NCBI GenBank assembly: GCA_028534125.1
Contig: CM052818.1
Coordinates: 46,192,001 to 46,256,000, forward strand
DNA length: 64,000 nt
From: Lama glama
Taxonomy: Eukaryota
Reading direction: 5' to 3'
A model generated the notes under the pieces. The model searched no databases, was not told the DNA's origin, and saw only the letters and a program-made list of their open reading frames with translations. Made by a program: the position numbers and the translations under genes. Shown here piece by piece: positions 22,500 through 34,719 of the stretch. The number at the start of each line of letters is the position of its first letter. The stretch's first letter is position 1.

Positions 22500-24887
22500 C
22501 ATCCATTTAAAAGTATTTTATTTTTTCTAGTCAAATGACTAGTTAACAAGAAGGGTAAATGTATTCAACATGCTCGAATTATAAGTCACTGCATCAGGAC
22601 AATGACAGTAAGAATGGATCAGGTTACACAATATATACAGTTGCGCTGCAGCTAGGCCAGTGATCAGGTGAATGAACTGAATATCATACATCTCGACTAG
22701 CATCACTCCAAGCTGCATGTTGTGTTATCCACCCCTCAGCGTCACACAGTAACTGTTAGTCTGTGGACACATTTCTGAGTCGCCATCCCTTGAAGTCAGA
22801 ACTGATGGAACATGGCACACACAGTGCCGGCATCCTGCAGCTAAGTCCGTGAAACATAACTTTAAATATAAATAGGTATCTACAATGTTTTCCTTCCTCT
22901 CAGTTGCTTTTCGTTGAATTTGCAAAGAGCAAATAACTAAGAAAGGATATTAGCAGGGAAGTTAATATAATTTCTCCTCTGGCAAGAGTAATATTAATTA
23001 CTGCACAATAGCACCACCAAACTGTAGACTGGAAAAGTATTTCCGAGATATTTATGTACCAGTGAACCTGACAGATTCATTTGGGACTGGTGTTCAAATG
23101 TTGAAATAAATCAACTTTAATTCCTTATTTAAGCTGGCACCAAGTAGTCCAAAGGCTGATTGTAAGGTACAGAGTGGAGGACTGTGTTAAAATACACATA
23201 TGAAGTGCACTGTGCAAAATACATCTGTTTACTTTCTTAAATCTATGAGAGAATTAACTAAATGAAAGGTTCAAAACAGAAATTAACAATTAGTGAAAAC
23301 AGATGTAGTGCTTTTAAAAAAGACTTTAATTACAGATCTAACAGATTTTTACCCGAAACTTTGAAAGGCAAAAAACGCAGTTGCCATACGACATCATAAA
23401 ACATTCCAGTTTGTTGTCTTCCTTTATAATAATAATAATAAAAAATACAATGCAAAATTTAAAAAAAAAAGCTCTACACTTGCAAGAGTCTTGCGTAATA
23501 AAGACGGGCTGCTTCAATCAAAGGTACCATCGTAACAAATGCAATAAAAGCATCGTTGCCTTGCTTTCCAAGCCTCTTAAATTTACTCTTTTTCTTTTGG
23601 TAAAAACCTAAGTAGGCGTTACATGTCTACTTATTCTCAGAGTGCCAAAACTGCCGATATTCCTACTACGAACCTTATGCTCACAATTACTAAACAGGTA
23701 TGATAGTCAAGTTCATTAAACTAATGAATTTTGATTTTAGCATATACAACCTAATCCCCCCACCCCCAGTAGCTTCAGTTCAGAATGGTATGACGGACTT
23801 CAATAGTTAAACTGGGACGTCTGGGAGTATTTTATTACCTGGGACCTACAGATTTCTGATGTGCTCTTGATTACAAACAAATGGACAGATTAAATTTCAA
23901 GACAGTGTAACTACCATTCCTGTTGGTATATTATATAAATACAAGACACTAAATTGAGTAAACATTCTCTTGAGCTAGAAAGGGAAGGCAGTGGTACACT
24001 CAGTAGGAAACAGCAAGTATGTGGTAATACGGGGTGAGGTGGGGCGGGGGTCTGCGCCACGGTACTCTGTGTGACAGGGGAAGATCAAGAAGGCAAATTC
24101 CAAAACACCTAAAGCATATCAACTAGGTTAAAGAACTGTTTTGCAATCCATCATCCTTAGTTTTTCACCAGATTCAGGAAGTTTGGTTCCATCATCTAGA
24201 GCTGAGTTAACTGCTATGACATGGGCTGTAACAAACCATCCGTAGTCAGGCTGAGCAGGATTGTTCACGGCGGTCACACACATGCAGAACACAATGAAAG
24301 CTGCCACCTCGCACATTAGGGCTGGAAAGTACAATGCTTATGGAGGAACTTCCAAGTTGCTTTAAATAAACACTGGGTGGATTTCTTCAAAAGAAATCTT
24401 GAAAGGTATCTTTTTAGAAAAAGTCTTTAAAGGTGAACCGAAGCATTTTATCTAGAAAGTCCAGGCTGGCTGTGGACTTCTAAAGCGACAGGCTTCCTCT
24501 AAAGAGTAACTGTGCTAAAGGTCACTGACTTCAGGAATGGGCCAAGGAGAGTGCAAATTTCTTCCCAACACTCAAAACATTTTTAGGTTCGGCTAATTCT
24601 GTAGATTCAAGGATCTTGATTATGTAGTTAAAACAACTTTTCAGTTCACCTTGTAGGAAATTCAGTTTTTCCTAATAAAAGTATAGCAATGTTTCATGAA
24701 AAACACAAATTATAAAAACAATTCATTGATATATATAAATTGCCTTTGAGTTTTTAAAACAGAACAGTGGCATTAGAGAAAGTGGGCTACTGTACAATTC
24801 ATGGAACTGGTTATCTGGCAAGAGTTTTGGTACCAATAACGAAACAGAACAGGACTTTTAAAAGAAGTGTTTTTGTTCAGTAGCAAT
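22500..24887 (-). other. ASAP2: ASAP2 3' UTR (3' limit approximate)
   Basis: Follows the TAA stop at 24890-24888; AT-rich, with no recognisable interspersed repeats. Confidence 0.7.
22517..22522 (-). terminator. Candidate poly(A) signal (AATAAA) of ASAP2
   Basis: TTTATT on + strand at the end of a ~2.4 kb AT-rich, repeat-poor 3' UTR; TG-rich sequence just downstream on the - strand. Confidence 0.6.
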
Positions 24888-24962
24888 TTAGTCAGCAATA
24901 AAGTGCACAAATGACACGGGAAATGCTCCTTTGCGACCGGGATCTCCATCAATGTGGCCAAT
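24888..24962 (-). CDS. ASAP2: ASAP2 last exon CDS (IGHIDGDPGRKGAFPVSFVHFIAD*), end of SH3 domain
   Basis: CAG acceptor; 75 nt including TAA; GxFPxxFV SH3 signature. Confidence 0.96.
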   Translation of the reverse strand: MGHIDGDPGRKGAFPVSFVHFIAD

Positions 24963-26579
24963 CTGAAATGAATAAAAGTTTAGGTTGTTATAAAAATTCC
25001 AAATGTTGGAAACTCTGAAGGGTACTATAGCATTTGGAGAAAAAAAAGAACAGATCTCTTGGTAAGAATCTCTTCTGGAAAGAATTATTTGGGTAAAACA
25101 TCTAAACTGTCTTCCTCTTTTCTTTCACTCGTGTACCAAACACTGTGGTCTACGTATTAGAGGGGAGTCAGTGTGGGGATGGGGCACCTACGACAGTCCT
25201 GGCGGTCTTGAGGGGCAGACAAGACAGGAGCTGACCACTGCCCGTCCCTACTTTTTTTTTTTAATGAAGAAACTGAGTGTCAGAAGTTTGTAAGCTGCAA
25301 AGTCACTTAGTGACAAACATGATTTGGCCCTATTTAAATGTAGTCAAGCATTTATGAAAGACTTCAATAAATCTATTTCCTTTGTGCTGGGTAAATTATA
25401 AAAGCTACACATCAATCTGATCTCAATGTCAATCAAGTAGGCAAATAAAAGGCTAAAAGAAAATCACCACAACTTAAATAGTGTTTTTGTGTGTGGGGGG
25501 AGGAGAACCCTTGAGATTACAGGCAGCATTTCCTTTTTTCTTTATAGCTTTCTGTATTTTCCAGATGGTTAAACCTGTGGTCAGGCTGGAGGCCATCCTT
25601 GGGTGGATCACACACAGGTGTGAAGCCAGACCTGCCTCAGGTCTCAGGGGTGTGCGGGCAGCAGGCGGGGAGGGCGGGAGTCAGGCAGGGGTGGAACCGG
25701 GCTGTGTGCTGCCTGCAGCGCCGATGGTGCTGGAAGGAGCAAGGCCGGCGGAGGAGGGAACTCTGCACCGACGGACACCTGAATCCCTCGAGCAGGGAGA
25801 GGCAACAGGAAGACCCTGAATGCAGAGGCTTTGGTGCCAGGCCGAGTTCGTTCACAAAAGCCCTGCAGGCGACAGTTCCCACAGGCGGGACCTCTGCCAG
25901 GGGTACTGGCCAACACTCCTCACACTCCTCACTAACAGCCCTGTCTGCGTCCTGCTGACAACCGGGAACCATCTGCTACCTCAGCTCCACCCCCAGAGCT
26001 GGGTCATCAGCATCCCCCATGTGGCAGACACTGCCGGAGGCACACGCGTGGGAGCTGCTGAATCATCGCCCCACCTGATAACGGCCGCCTCTCACCCAGG
26101 CCTCCAGGTCACCGCTACAACAGGCCATGACCTCCCTTTCTTGGGTGAGGCGGTAAGGCTTAGCCATGTCAGCAACTCGCCAAGGCCACCCAGCCTGACC
26201 TTGGCCGGGTCTGGGCTCTCGGGGTCACCAGGGGAGGTGCCACGCTCACGCACTCCAGCTCCCACCTGGATGCCACGGCATGTCTCAGGACCAAGCCTGA
26301 CATCCAGCGACTGCCCCCAGGTCAGCTCTTTCCACCCGCCTCACTCCTCCAGACTGGCCCACGCCGGAGGACAGTGCCACCGAGAAACTCCAGGCTTCGT
26401 GCAAACCTTCACGTGCGCTCTGGAAACTGCAGCCTATGTGGTCTGCCCACCCTGATGGGGATCCCACCTAGGGGCTCAGTCAGGCCCACTCAGAAGCTGG
26501 GGTACCTGGAAAGGACGCCTGAGGCCCGTCCGGGCAGAGCGGGCTGGATCTGGGCATAGACCTCCAAGCCCCGACTCAC

Positions 26580-26702
26580 CCACCACTCCTGGTCCTCCTC
26601 CCCATCCACGATGATCACATCCCCCTCGGAGAACGTCAGCTCGTCCGGATTGTCGGCCACGCAGTTGTAGAGGGCTTTGACCCGCTTTGGCTTCAGCTTG
26701 GT
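26580..26702 (-). CDS. ASAP2: ASAP2 exon (TKLKPKRVKALYNCVADNPDELTFSEGDVIIVDGEEDQEWW), SH3 domain
   Basis: 123 nt; CAG/GTGAGT boundaries; ALY..ELTF..WW SH3 motifs. Confidence 0.97.
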
Positions 26703-27130
26703 CTGTGTCAAGAGAAGAGGGGTCAGACCTTAGTGTGCGGGGAGGCGCCTGCTCCCGGGGAGAGAACTGACTGGTCCTGAGGGCCTGCCTGCAGGCCGGG
26801 GAGCCCACAGGTGTCCAGGGGCGGTTCGGTGTGGCTCAGGGGCAGGGGGACTTCAGGAGGAGGCCAGTCGAGTAAGGAGAGCTGGGAATGAGGCGGCCCA
26901 GTGCCTGGCGTGCACATGGGGTCTGTCCTGGAGCGTGGAGGGCCCAGCCCAGCAGCTGGTGAGCTCTAGGTTGCATCCTCCTGGATCCAAAGGACCAGGC
27001 ACCCAGGAAGAAGCACCCCCTACCCCGATCCAGGGTAAGAGGGCAAGACTGCTTCCCTGAGCCCTCAGAGAATAACCCACACACTCCTGGCCAGAGCAGA
27101 GAGGCACAAAGAAGGGGCTCGTCTACTTAC

Positions 27131-27219
27131 AGTCTGTGACTTCCTGGGCATGGGCGCTGGGGGCTGCATGACCACGGCGTTGGACAGAGGACCCAGAGCT
27201 TCTGTTCCAGAGAGATCTG
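27131..27219 (-). CDS. ASAP2: ASAP2 exon ([A]DLSGTEALGPLSNAVVMQPPAPMPRKSQT)
   Basis: 89 nt; GTAAGT donor; tandem AAG CAG CAG acceptors, so the 5' limit is uncertain by +/-3 nt. Confidence 0.92.
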
Positions 27220-27596
27220 CTGCTTGAGGGCCAAAAGGCAAGTTTCCTGAGATTTTCTAATTGTTGAGGGAAAAGTCCCTCGAAGACCAAAGACCCTCGC
27301 CCCTGCCTGTAACCTCTGCAGAGCAGACAGGCCGGCAGGTGTCACAGCGGAAGGTGGGTGCTGCCCCCTCCAGGTCCCGCCGGGGTCCCCCGACCGCCCC
27401 CTATCATGGCAGAAGGGGACGGGAGCGAGGGAAGGGTGCAGAGCAGCCCCGGGGCAGGGGCGTGAGAGGCTGTGCGCAGGATGGGTGGCTGCTGATGCAG
27501 GACAGCTGGGCCTGATGTGGGGCTGACTCCGCCTGGAAACACCCCCACCCCATCCCCACAGCCCAAGCAGAGATTAGCCCCCTTTCACATAATTAC

Positions 27597-27646
27597 CAGG
27601 TCCTCTCGGCTGGCCTTTGTTGCTCAGTGGGATTGACTTGTCAGGC
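27597..27646 (-). CDS. ASAP2: ASAP2 exon ([G]PDKSIPLSNKGQPRGP)
   Basis: 50 nt; TTTGCAG/GTAATT boundaries; phases 2/1 fit neighbours. Confidence 0.92.
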
Positions 27647-28750
27647 CTGCAAAGAGGAAAACAGATTTACTGGTACCTGAGGCCTGAAAGGCACGTTACC
27701 CGCCCCACCTCCCTCTCTTTTTCTGAAGGAGTTGTCTATGTTCAAGTTGAAAACAGGTGGGCTGATTTTATCAATTGTCATTCAACTATCTCCATTTTTA
27801 GAAAAAGGAAGAATGAGAGGCTCAGAAGACAGTTCTAGATCCAAGGTACCCGATTCCAAAACCAGGATGGTCCCAAAGCTCTCCTGTCCCGTGTGGGCCT
27901 GCTGCCAATGACCTGGGTTTGGGCTGGAACCTGGGCACCAAACGGGTCAGTCCCCTCCCAGCGGGGACTTGGTCTCTTCCTGCGTCAGGGCGGGGCTTAT
28001 CAGTCCCAGGGCCCGGGGGGCTCTACCAGGACCCATCCAGGCACCGCTGGCCAGGGTCATCCATGCTTCTGGACTCTGTGACCCCGGTGCCTGTAACAGA
28101 CGTGACTCAGTGTAGCTCAGGCCCAGCTATGAGCCCTCGGACCCAACACGTCCCAGGGCCGCAGACACACAGGGAGGGGAACCAGCTCCCAGGGCCGACA
28201 GACAGGGGTCTATGAACTCCGACTTGCCAGGTGGGTCTGGATGAACTGGTTTCTGTGAGTCACCATTTTCACCTGCAAAAGGTGTGACACTAGCCCCACC
28301 AACTCTCAGAATAAGGACAAGTGACAGAGTATCTGTGATGAGCTGAGAAAGAACCCCTATCTCCAGTTCCCTGCATGGAGCCAGGCACACAATCGGGGCT
28401 TGACACGGGATGGGAAGGGGCTGGAGGGCAGAGGAGGCGGATGGGGGACCAGTGAGGGATGGAAGGCCCTTCTGTTGCAGGCCCGCTCTGTCTGACGCTT
28501 CCTTCTCTGTCCAAAGGAGCCCTGCCTAGGCCGTGGTGCTGCAGCCACAGAATGGAGATGGAAATAACACTGCTTTTGCTCATGTTTTCAAGGAACTAAA
28601 AAAGGCAAAACAAGCGAAGGCCCCCACCAGTCTGACCAGTCTCACCATTTGTTTTCCATCAACATCAAGATAGAAATCATGCTGAGCCTGCGGATCCTTT
28701 GTCATCTCCCCAACTACAAAACGCCCACAGGGAAGGCCTGACCCTTGAGA

Positions 28751-29088
28751 CACTGGTCAGCAAGCCTTTTCTGTAGATGGCCAGAGAGTGAGTGTTTCAG
28801 GGTTTGTGGGTTACAAGGTCCCTGTCGCGACTATTCAATGCTGCCACCACAGCACGGGAGCAGCCACAAATGATGCGGGACACACTGTGCAGCTACAGGC
28901 CCTAACTTTTGTTTATGGGCACTGAAATCGGAATTTCATACAATGTTCATGTGTCATAATATATTCTTCTTCTAGTTGTTTTCAACCACTGAAAAAACAG
29001 CTAAGCCCGTGGGCCACACATGAACTGGCAGCGCACTGGACCGAGGCACAGTGGCCTGGCCTCAGGCACAGTTTGCCGCCTCCTGCTC
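28751..29088. mobile_element. MER58-like hAT-Charlie DNA transposon relic
   Basis: GGTCAGCAAGCCTTTTCTGTAGATGGCCAGA start and AGTTTGCCGCCTCCTG end; internal CACTGAAATCGGAATTTCATA. Confidence 0.65.
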
Positions 29089-31539
29089 CAAGTCCAGATT
29101 CACACCCAGGATGAAGTGAGGAGGTAAGTGCTCCCTTTGGAAAGAGGACACTCTAGTGTAAGTCCTTTAAGAACAGAACCACTGGGCAGTGGCGATGTGA
29201 CTCCACCCACCCCAACGTCCCTTGGGGTGCCCTAGCATCACCCCTCCCCACCTTTCCTCTCCGTCAGATGACATGAGAGAAAGTGAGCCCATAAAACAGG
29301 GAACCAGGTATGACTGTGCCAGAGCCCCGCGAGGACGCGCCCGAGAACCAGCGGAGCAGCGAGCGGCCTCAGAGCAACTGGACAGAACGTGCCCGAGTCC
29401 TTGCCTGTGCAGCCGCCCCTGGGGACCTCAGGGCTCCCTGAGACCGTGGCTGTGGTCAGGTTCTCATCTAGAACTTCCACACAGGATTTGGTCTCTTAAA
29501 GAACAGCAGCTCGGCAAGAGCAAATCTGAGGGTGCGCCGAGGGAAGAGAGAAGAAAGTTGAAGCGGGGCGCGGAGCAAACACAGGCGCTCAGGGCAGCGG
29601 GACCTGCGGCGTGTAGCGCGGACCTGAGAGCGCGCTCGCTCCTCACGGCCCGGGAGGTTTCACCGTGCCGCTGAGCACAGGAGGGCAAGGACTTGAACGC
29701 TATGCTTCAGAGCGGGATCTTGCAAAGCGGCACTAAAACAGTTCTGAGAGCCTCCTGGTTAAAAACAGCAGCTGAAATACATTTACTTCCACTTTCTCCC
29801 AAGCAAAAGGATTAAAAAAAATTTAAGCTGCACCGAACAAAGAGAACTAAGAGGAAACAAAAATCTGGAAGCTGAGAACGGAGGGCCAAATCCTAACCCT
29901 TCTCGTTCATCTGAAGGAGCCCCCACGGCAGCAAGGAAGGCCCTGAAGGACCCCTGCTGGTGCCTTCAAGCCCCTGAGCTCATAAGCCACTGGGAGTGGG
30001 AGGGAGGGAAGGACTTAAACACAAAGATTGGCCAGAATCTGCCAAGGGAGTACTGGGTCCCTGGATTCCCGCCCCAACTCTGAGTAGCCTAGCACCTCCC
30101 ACTCCCAACCCCACTGAAGACCAGGAGCCTCCATCTTCAGAGAGGGCAGCACAGAGGGCGTCTGGACAGAGGGATGCCAGGGGCGGGAGCATCTTTTAAA
30201 ACCCGAGGGACTAAGTAAAAGCTTATCTTTATTTCTGTATTCAACTCCCATAAACTCTGCTCCCTTCAGGCCAGAGAGTAGAAGGCTGTTCTCTCAGGAA
30301 CCTGAGGTGTGAAAGAAAAAAGCCCCAAACGAGGGTCCCCTAACAAAAAGGCCAGTGAGCGCCCCACATGCTGAGACCCACACCAGCAGCTCTGTGCATG
30401 AGGGTGCAGACTGTCACTCAGTCTAATGCCTCAGCTCAAGTAGCAACTCAGGGGCAGGAAACACATTTACAGGGAAAAGCCTCTAATGTAACAGAAGTCA
30501 AAACAAAGAGAAAAGAATGTGGAAGAAACAAATTCCGCAGAGAAGCAAAAGCTAAAATAAACATTCCCCCATCATTAACAGTCTGAGAAGAAAGTTAGTA
30601 AGTCCAGGAAACAAATAGTGTATTAACTTAAACAATATATGATAGTGGAAACAAAAAAGCCAATAAAACAACTGGAAGATAAAGTTGAGAAAAATCTCCC
30701 AGAACCTAGATTGTAAAAGCAAGCAAACAAGGCAGAAATGGAAACTAGAAGGTGGACAAGAGCTGGCCCCTCCACAGCGCAGAGCTGCACTTCCAGCCCC
30801 CGCCTCTAGATGGGGCCATGGGACTGGCTCTGGCTAAAGGAGCCTGCGTGCGCATCACTAAGGCCTCGGAGGTTAGCAAGACTTCAGAGTTCCTCTCTCC
30901 CTGGGGAAGTAACTCCGGGCCTCCAGGGGATAAAGATGAGGGAGTCAGAAGACGAAGGGGTCTGGGCCTCTGAGTCACCTCTTGGGATTGCTGTACAAGC
31001 AAAAATATGGACACTCAACTTCATGTGGGCAAGAAGTCAACTCCATACGTTAAACCACTGAGATCTGGGGGAGGCTGAGAGAGCAGTTAACTTACTCTAA
31101 TAAAGAGAAAAGAGGACACGTAGAGGAAAGGCCGAGATCTGACATCTGAATAATAAGAATATTAAAAGTGAGGACAGAAAAAAAAACTAAAATAAAACAG
31201 ATGTTAAGTCATTTTTTAAAAAATCAATGAAATTTCTCAGAACTGCAGGATGTAGTTTATATCCTGAAAGGCTCCCATTATCTGCTTGATGGTGGGGATG
31301 GAAAAAGATCCCTCTGGGGAGTCAGAGCCTGAGCAGGGGCAGGAGGCGTCCATGAGGGGAAGCCTGACAGGGGAGAGGAGGCTTCTGCACAGAGGAGGAG
31401 GAGGAGATGGGAAATTTGGTAATTCATAAGCGTGGGATCAAGTAAGTAAACCTGGGGGCCAGACTTCTCACCATTGAAAAGGGAGTAACAAATACAGAAA
31501 GGGAGAAAATTAGAATGAACCTTGTAGTTCTTTTAAAAC

Positions 31540-32040
31540 ACTGCCCCCAAACTCTTTACTGAGAGCTGGAATCTATGACCACCCTGTGCCACTCCACTGC
31601 CCCCAATCCGAACAGAGTCTGGGCTCTGCCACTGTTGACCAGTAACATTAAGATGGAAGCCATGTCCTGCCAGTTTCCAGGACACGTTCTTGGGCCCAGC
31701 CACCAGGATGTGAGGAAGCCCTCCCTGCACGGAGAGGCCGTTACATGTAAGTATCCAGTCAGCCCCAGCTGGGGTCCCAGCTGACAGCCAGCACCAAGCA
31801 CTAGATGTGCGGACTGGAGACGCCTCATGACACTGCCTTCAGCTGATGAGTCACTTTGTGTCGACCCATCCCTAGCCCTCGAGTCTTTTCAGCTAGAGGC
31901 CCGGATGTTGTAGCGCAAAGACAAGCTATCCCTGCTCCCTACCCTCCGTGCGGATCCAAACTGCTGAGACTGTCCCTGAGCATAACAAAATGGTTATGTC
32001 TTGTGTCAGTAAATTTTGGTGTGGTTTGTTATTAGAACTG
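31540..32040 (+). mobile_element. MLT1-like (MaLR) solo LTR
   Basis: GATGTGAGGAAGCCC, CCAGCTGACAGCCAGCACC and TAAATTTTGGTGTGGTTTGTTA motifs. Confidence 0.65.
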
Positions 32041-32146
32041 AAATTGGAGACAGTGTGAACGCATGGATTTCAATATAGACAAATAGAAATACAGAGATAA
32101 ATGTATCTATATATGTATACACACATGGATATACACGTATATATAC

Positions 32147-32170
32147 GTGTGTGTGTGTGTGTGTGTGTGT
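32147..32170. repeat. (GT)12 microsatellite within an old L1 fragment
   Basis: Directly visible. Confidence 0.9.
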
Positions 32171-32887
32171 CACTAGTTCTGACCACTCAGAGGGCCTGCC
32201 TGGGACCAGTGACACTGCAATAGCAATGAAGACACTAAGCACCCAGATCCTGGCTTCTAAGTATCCTTTCCACTAAAAGGAACCATTTTTCCACCACCGG
32301 GGTCCATAGCCTGACATCCGTGACTGGATCCCCTTGCAGTAAAAGACATTATTTGGACAAGTGGCAAAGCTTGAATGCAGTCTTGAGTTTTGGAAAGTGG
32401 TGTGTATGTTAATTTCCTGATTTTGGTGGTTGTATTGTGTTTCTGTAGGAGAACGTACTTGTTTGTAGGAAATACATGTCCCACACTGTAGAGGGTCCTC
32501 ATATTCAAAAGAACCCTGTGAGTGAGCAACAAACAAGACCTATAGGCCTCATGTCTTGAGGACTTAAACTCCCCAAATCAAAGTGTCTGTACTAAACAGA
32601 AATCTAAATTTGTCATGTGGTTGTAAGACACACATTGGCTATGAAGTATTTACAGTTTAAACATTCTTAATAAATGATTTTTAAGACACCTGAAGCCTGA
32701 TGAATTAGTTATGTAACACTTGACCTCAAGCCTCACAGTAGTAGAAACACTGGCGATTTCAAACATTCAGAGAAACCTCAGCAGGTGAAGCGAAGGGGCT
32801 GCGGCCACTTGGAAGCGCCCTGAACGCAAGCAGCAAGGATGGCTGACTTGGCCAGGCCCCGAGGGGACACAGAGGAGAGGCGGTTAC

Positions 32888-33047
32888 CCGGGGGCTGGCC
32901 TCTTCTGAGGGAGGCGGCTGGGCGGCAGGGGCGGCGGGGCTTTGCCGGGTGGGAGCCCGGGCTGGGCCGGCTTGCTCTGCTGGCTCAGGGCCTCCAGCAC
33001 GCTGGGCGTCTTGGCTACCGGAGGGGGCGGCGTGGGAGCCAGGGGAT
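32888..33047 (-). CDS. ASAP2: ASAP2 proline-rich exon (PLAPTPPPPVAKTPSVLEALSQQSKPAQPGLPPGKAPPPLPPSRLPQKRPAP)
   Basis: 160 nt; CTCAG/GTAAC boundaries; phases 1/2 fit neighbours. Confidence 0.93.
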
Positions 33048-34523
33048 CTGAGGAGAGAGAAAAGGAGACAGAAACACAGGGTCAGCCTCAGGCGTCCCAT
33101 TCCCAGCCTTCTCACCGGAGGCTCTTCCGACAAAGGCTTCCTTTTTCCTTTCGCTATTTCCTAAGGAAAAAAACCTACTTTCATAGAAGATTTTTCCGAA
33201 AACAGTATGGGCAGGAAGGCCTTCCAAGCCTCCAGTTAGGATTAAAATGCTTTTATGAGCTTGTGAGAATTTTCTCAGCTGGCATCCCCTGTGGGGAGGT
33301 GAACCTGGTTTTCTGCTCTCCCGGAGACCTGCAGGAGCCCCGGGCCGGGTCTGCCGCCCGTCCTGCCCCTGGGTACCCCACGTCCCGGCTGCCAGCGGGT
33401 CAGTAACTTGGTAACGGCTCCCAACTCGTGAGGATGAAAAGCTTCTTATTCTCTGCATTTTACAGGGGAGGAGGCCGAGGCTTCACCAAGGGCGCAGAGC
33501 TGGTGAGACACCGAGCTGGGCCTCAAGCCCACGCGTCCTTCCTCGTTCTCCCCGAGAAGCGTCAGTGCGCTCCCGGAGTGTCCAGCATTAGCATCTCGTG
33601 GTCCGTGTTGAGTGGCAGCCTGCCTCGGGCTCTGGACTGGAGGTGGATACCTAGGGCGAGCAGTGGATACCTGGGACAGCACTGGCTGACCAAGACAGGG
33701 TCCAGTTTAGTCTCTTTTTTCATCCTTGTTTCCTTTTTCTATTTTAGAGAAAAAGTCAAAAGGCAGACTCTTGCTTGCAAATCTACAGCCCCAGGGAGGC
33801 CAGACTGAGAGGCAGGAAAGTGGGCTTCTGAGACCTGCCAGGTGCCCACTTGCTGTCTGACTTGGGTGTGCCTGAGCTGATGCCCCCTCTGGAAGACCCT
33901 CCCAGACACAGCTTCCTGCTCTGCCGCCAGCATACTTACTGTGGCTAGGGCTGGCTTCTTTCACCTCAGCTTAGGTCGAGGAAGCCAGGGAAAGCCCAGG
34001 GAAACCCCCAGTGCCCTCCACGCAACCCCAGAGATGCTGGAGCCCCTCCCTCCTACGGCTGATGCGGAGCAGGAAGGAGACGCAGCACCCGGGGCTCACC
34101 CTCTGGTCCAGCCGACACCCCTGCTCGGCCGCTGGAATGAAGCCCCTCCCCCGGCCCTCCCTGGGTGCTGGGACACTCACCCACATACAGACGCTGAAGG
34201 GGGACACCAACCAGACTATAATCCACAGGAGTGTGCCCAAATACTGAGAACCACCGAACAGCCAAAGGAAAGGAAGCCCCAGACAATGTATGAAAGAAAT
34301 GTTGCTGAAGTGCTTGGAAGACAGAGGGCAAGAGTGAGCAGGCCCCCCGGTGGGTGCGGCACAGACAGGAGTTTGCGGCTGAGGAGGAGGCGGCGGCCAC
34401 AGGCCTCCAAGTGGCGCTGGGCACCGGGCCCCAGGCTCTCTCCCACGCGGCTGCCAGAAGACCCCCCAGCCATCCGATCTACAAAACCCAATGGCAAGAA
34501 AGGAAAAAGGAAAAAAAACGTAC

Positions 34524-34658
34524 TGGTGGATGTCACGCGGAGAGGGGGCAGCGGTGGATGGACAGCTGGCGGATCTGACGAAGATCGCTGCCTGCTTACA
34601 CCGTCCACACTTACAGAGTTTGTCTTCCACAGGGCGTTAGCTGAGGAGGCTGGCTGAA
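34524..34658 (-). CDS. ASAP2: ASAP2 symmetric cassette-type exon ([V]QPASSANALWKTNSVSVDGVSRQRSSSDPPAVHPPLPPLRVTST)
   Basis: 135 nt, phase 1-1; CAG/GTACGT boundaries; inside ORF 34216..34779. Confidence 0.93.
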
Positions 34659-34660
34659 CT

Positions 34661-34719
34661 GCACACGCACGCACATGCACACGCACGCACACGCAGGCAT
34701 GCACACATGCACGCGCACA
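34661..34719. repeat. Degenerate (CA/CG)n purine-pyrimidine repeat abutting an ASAP2 acceptor
   Basis: GCACACGCACGCACATGCACACGCAC... directly visible. Confidence 0.9.

Noticed and set aside
30795..30818. Possible second CTCF-like motif
   Set aside because: Poor match to the core consensus.
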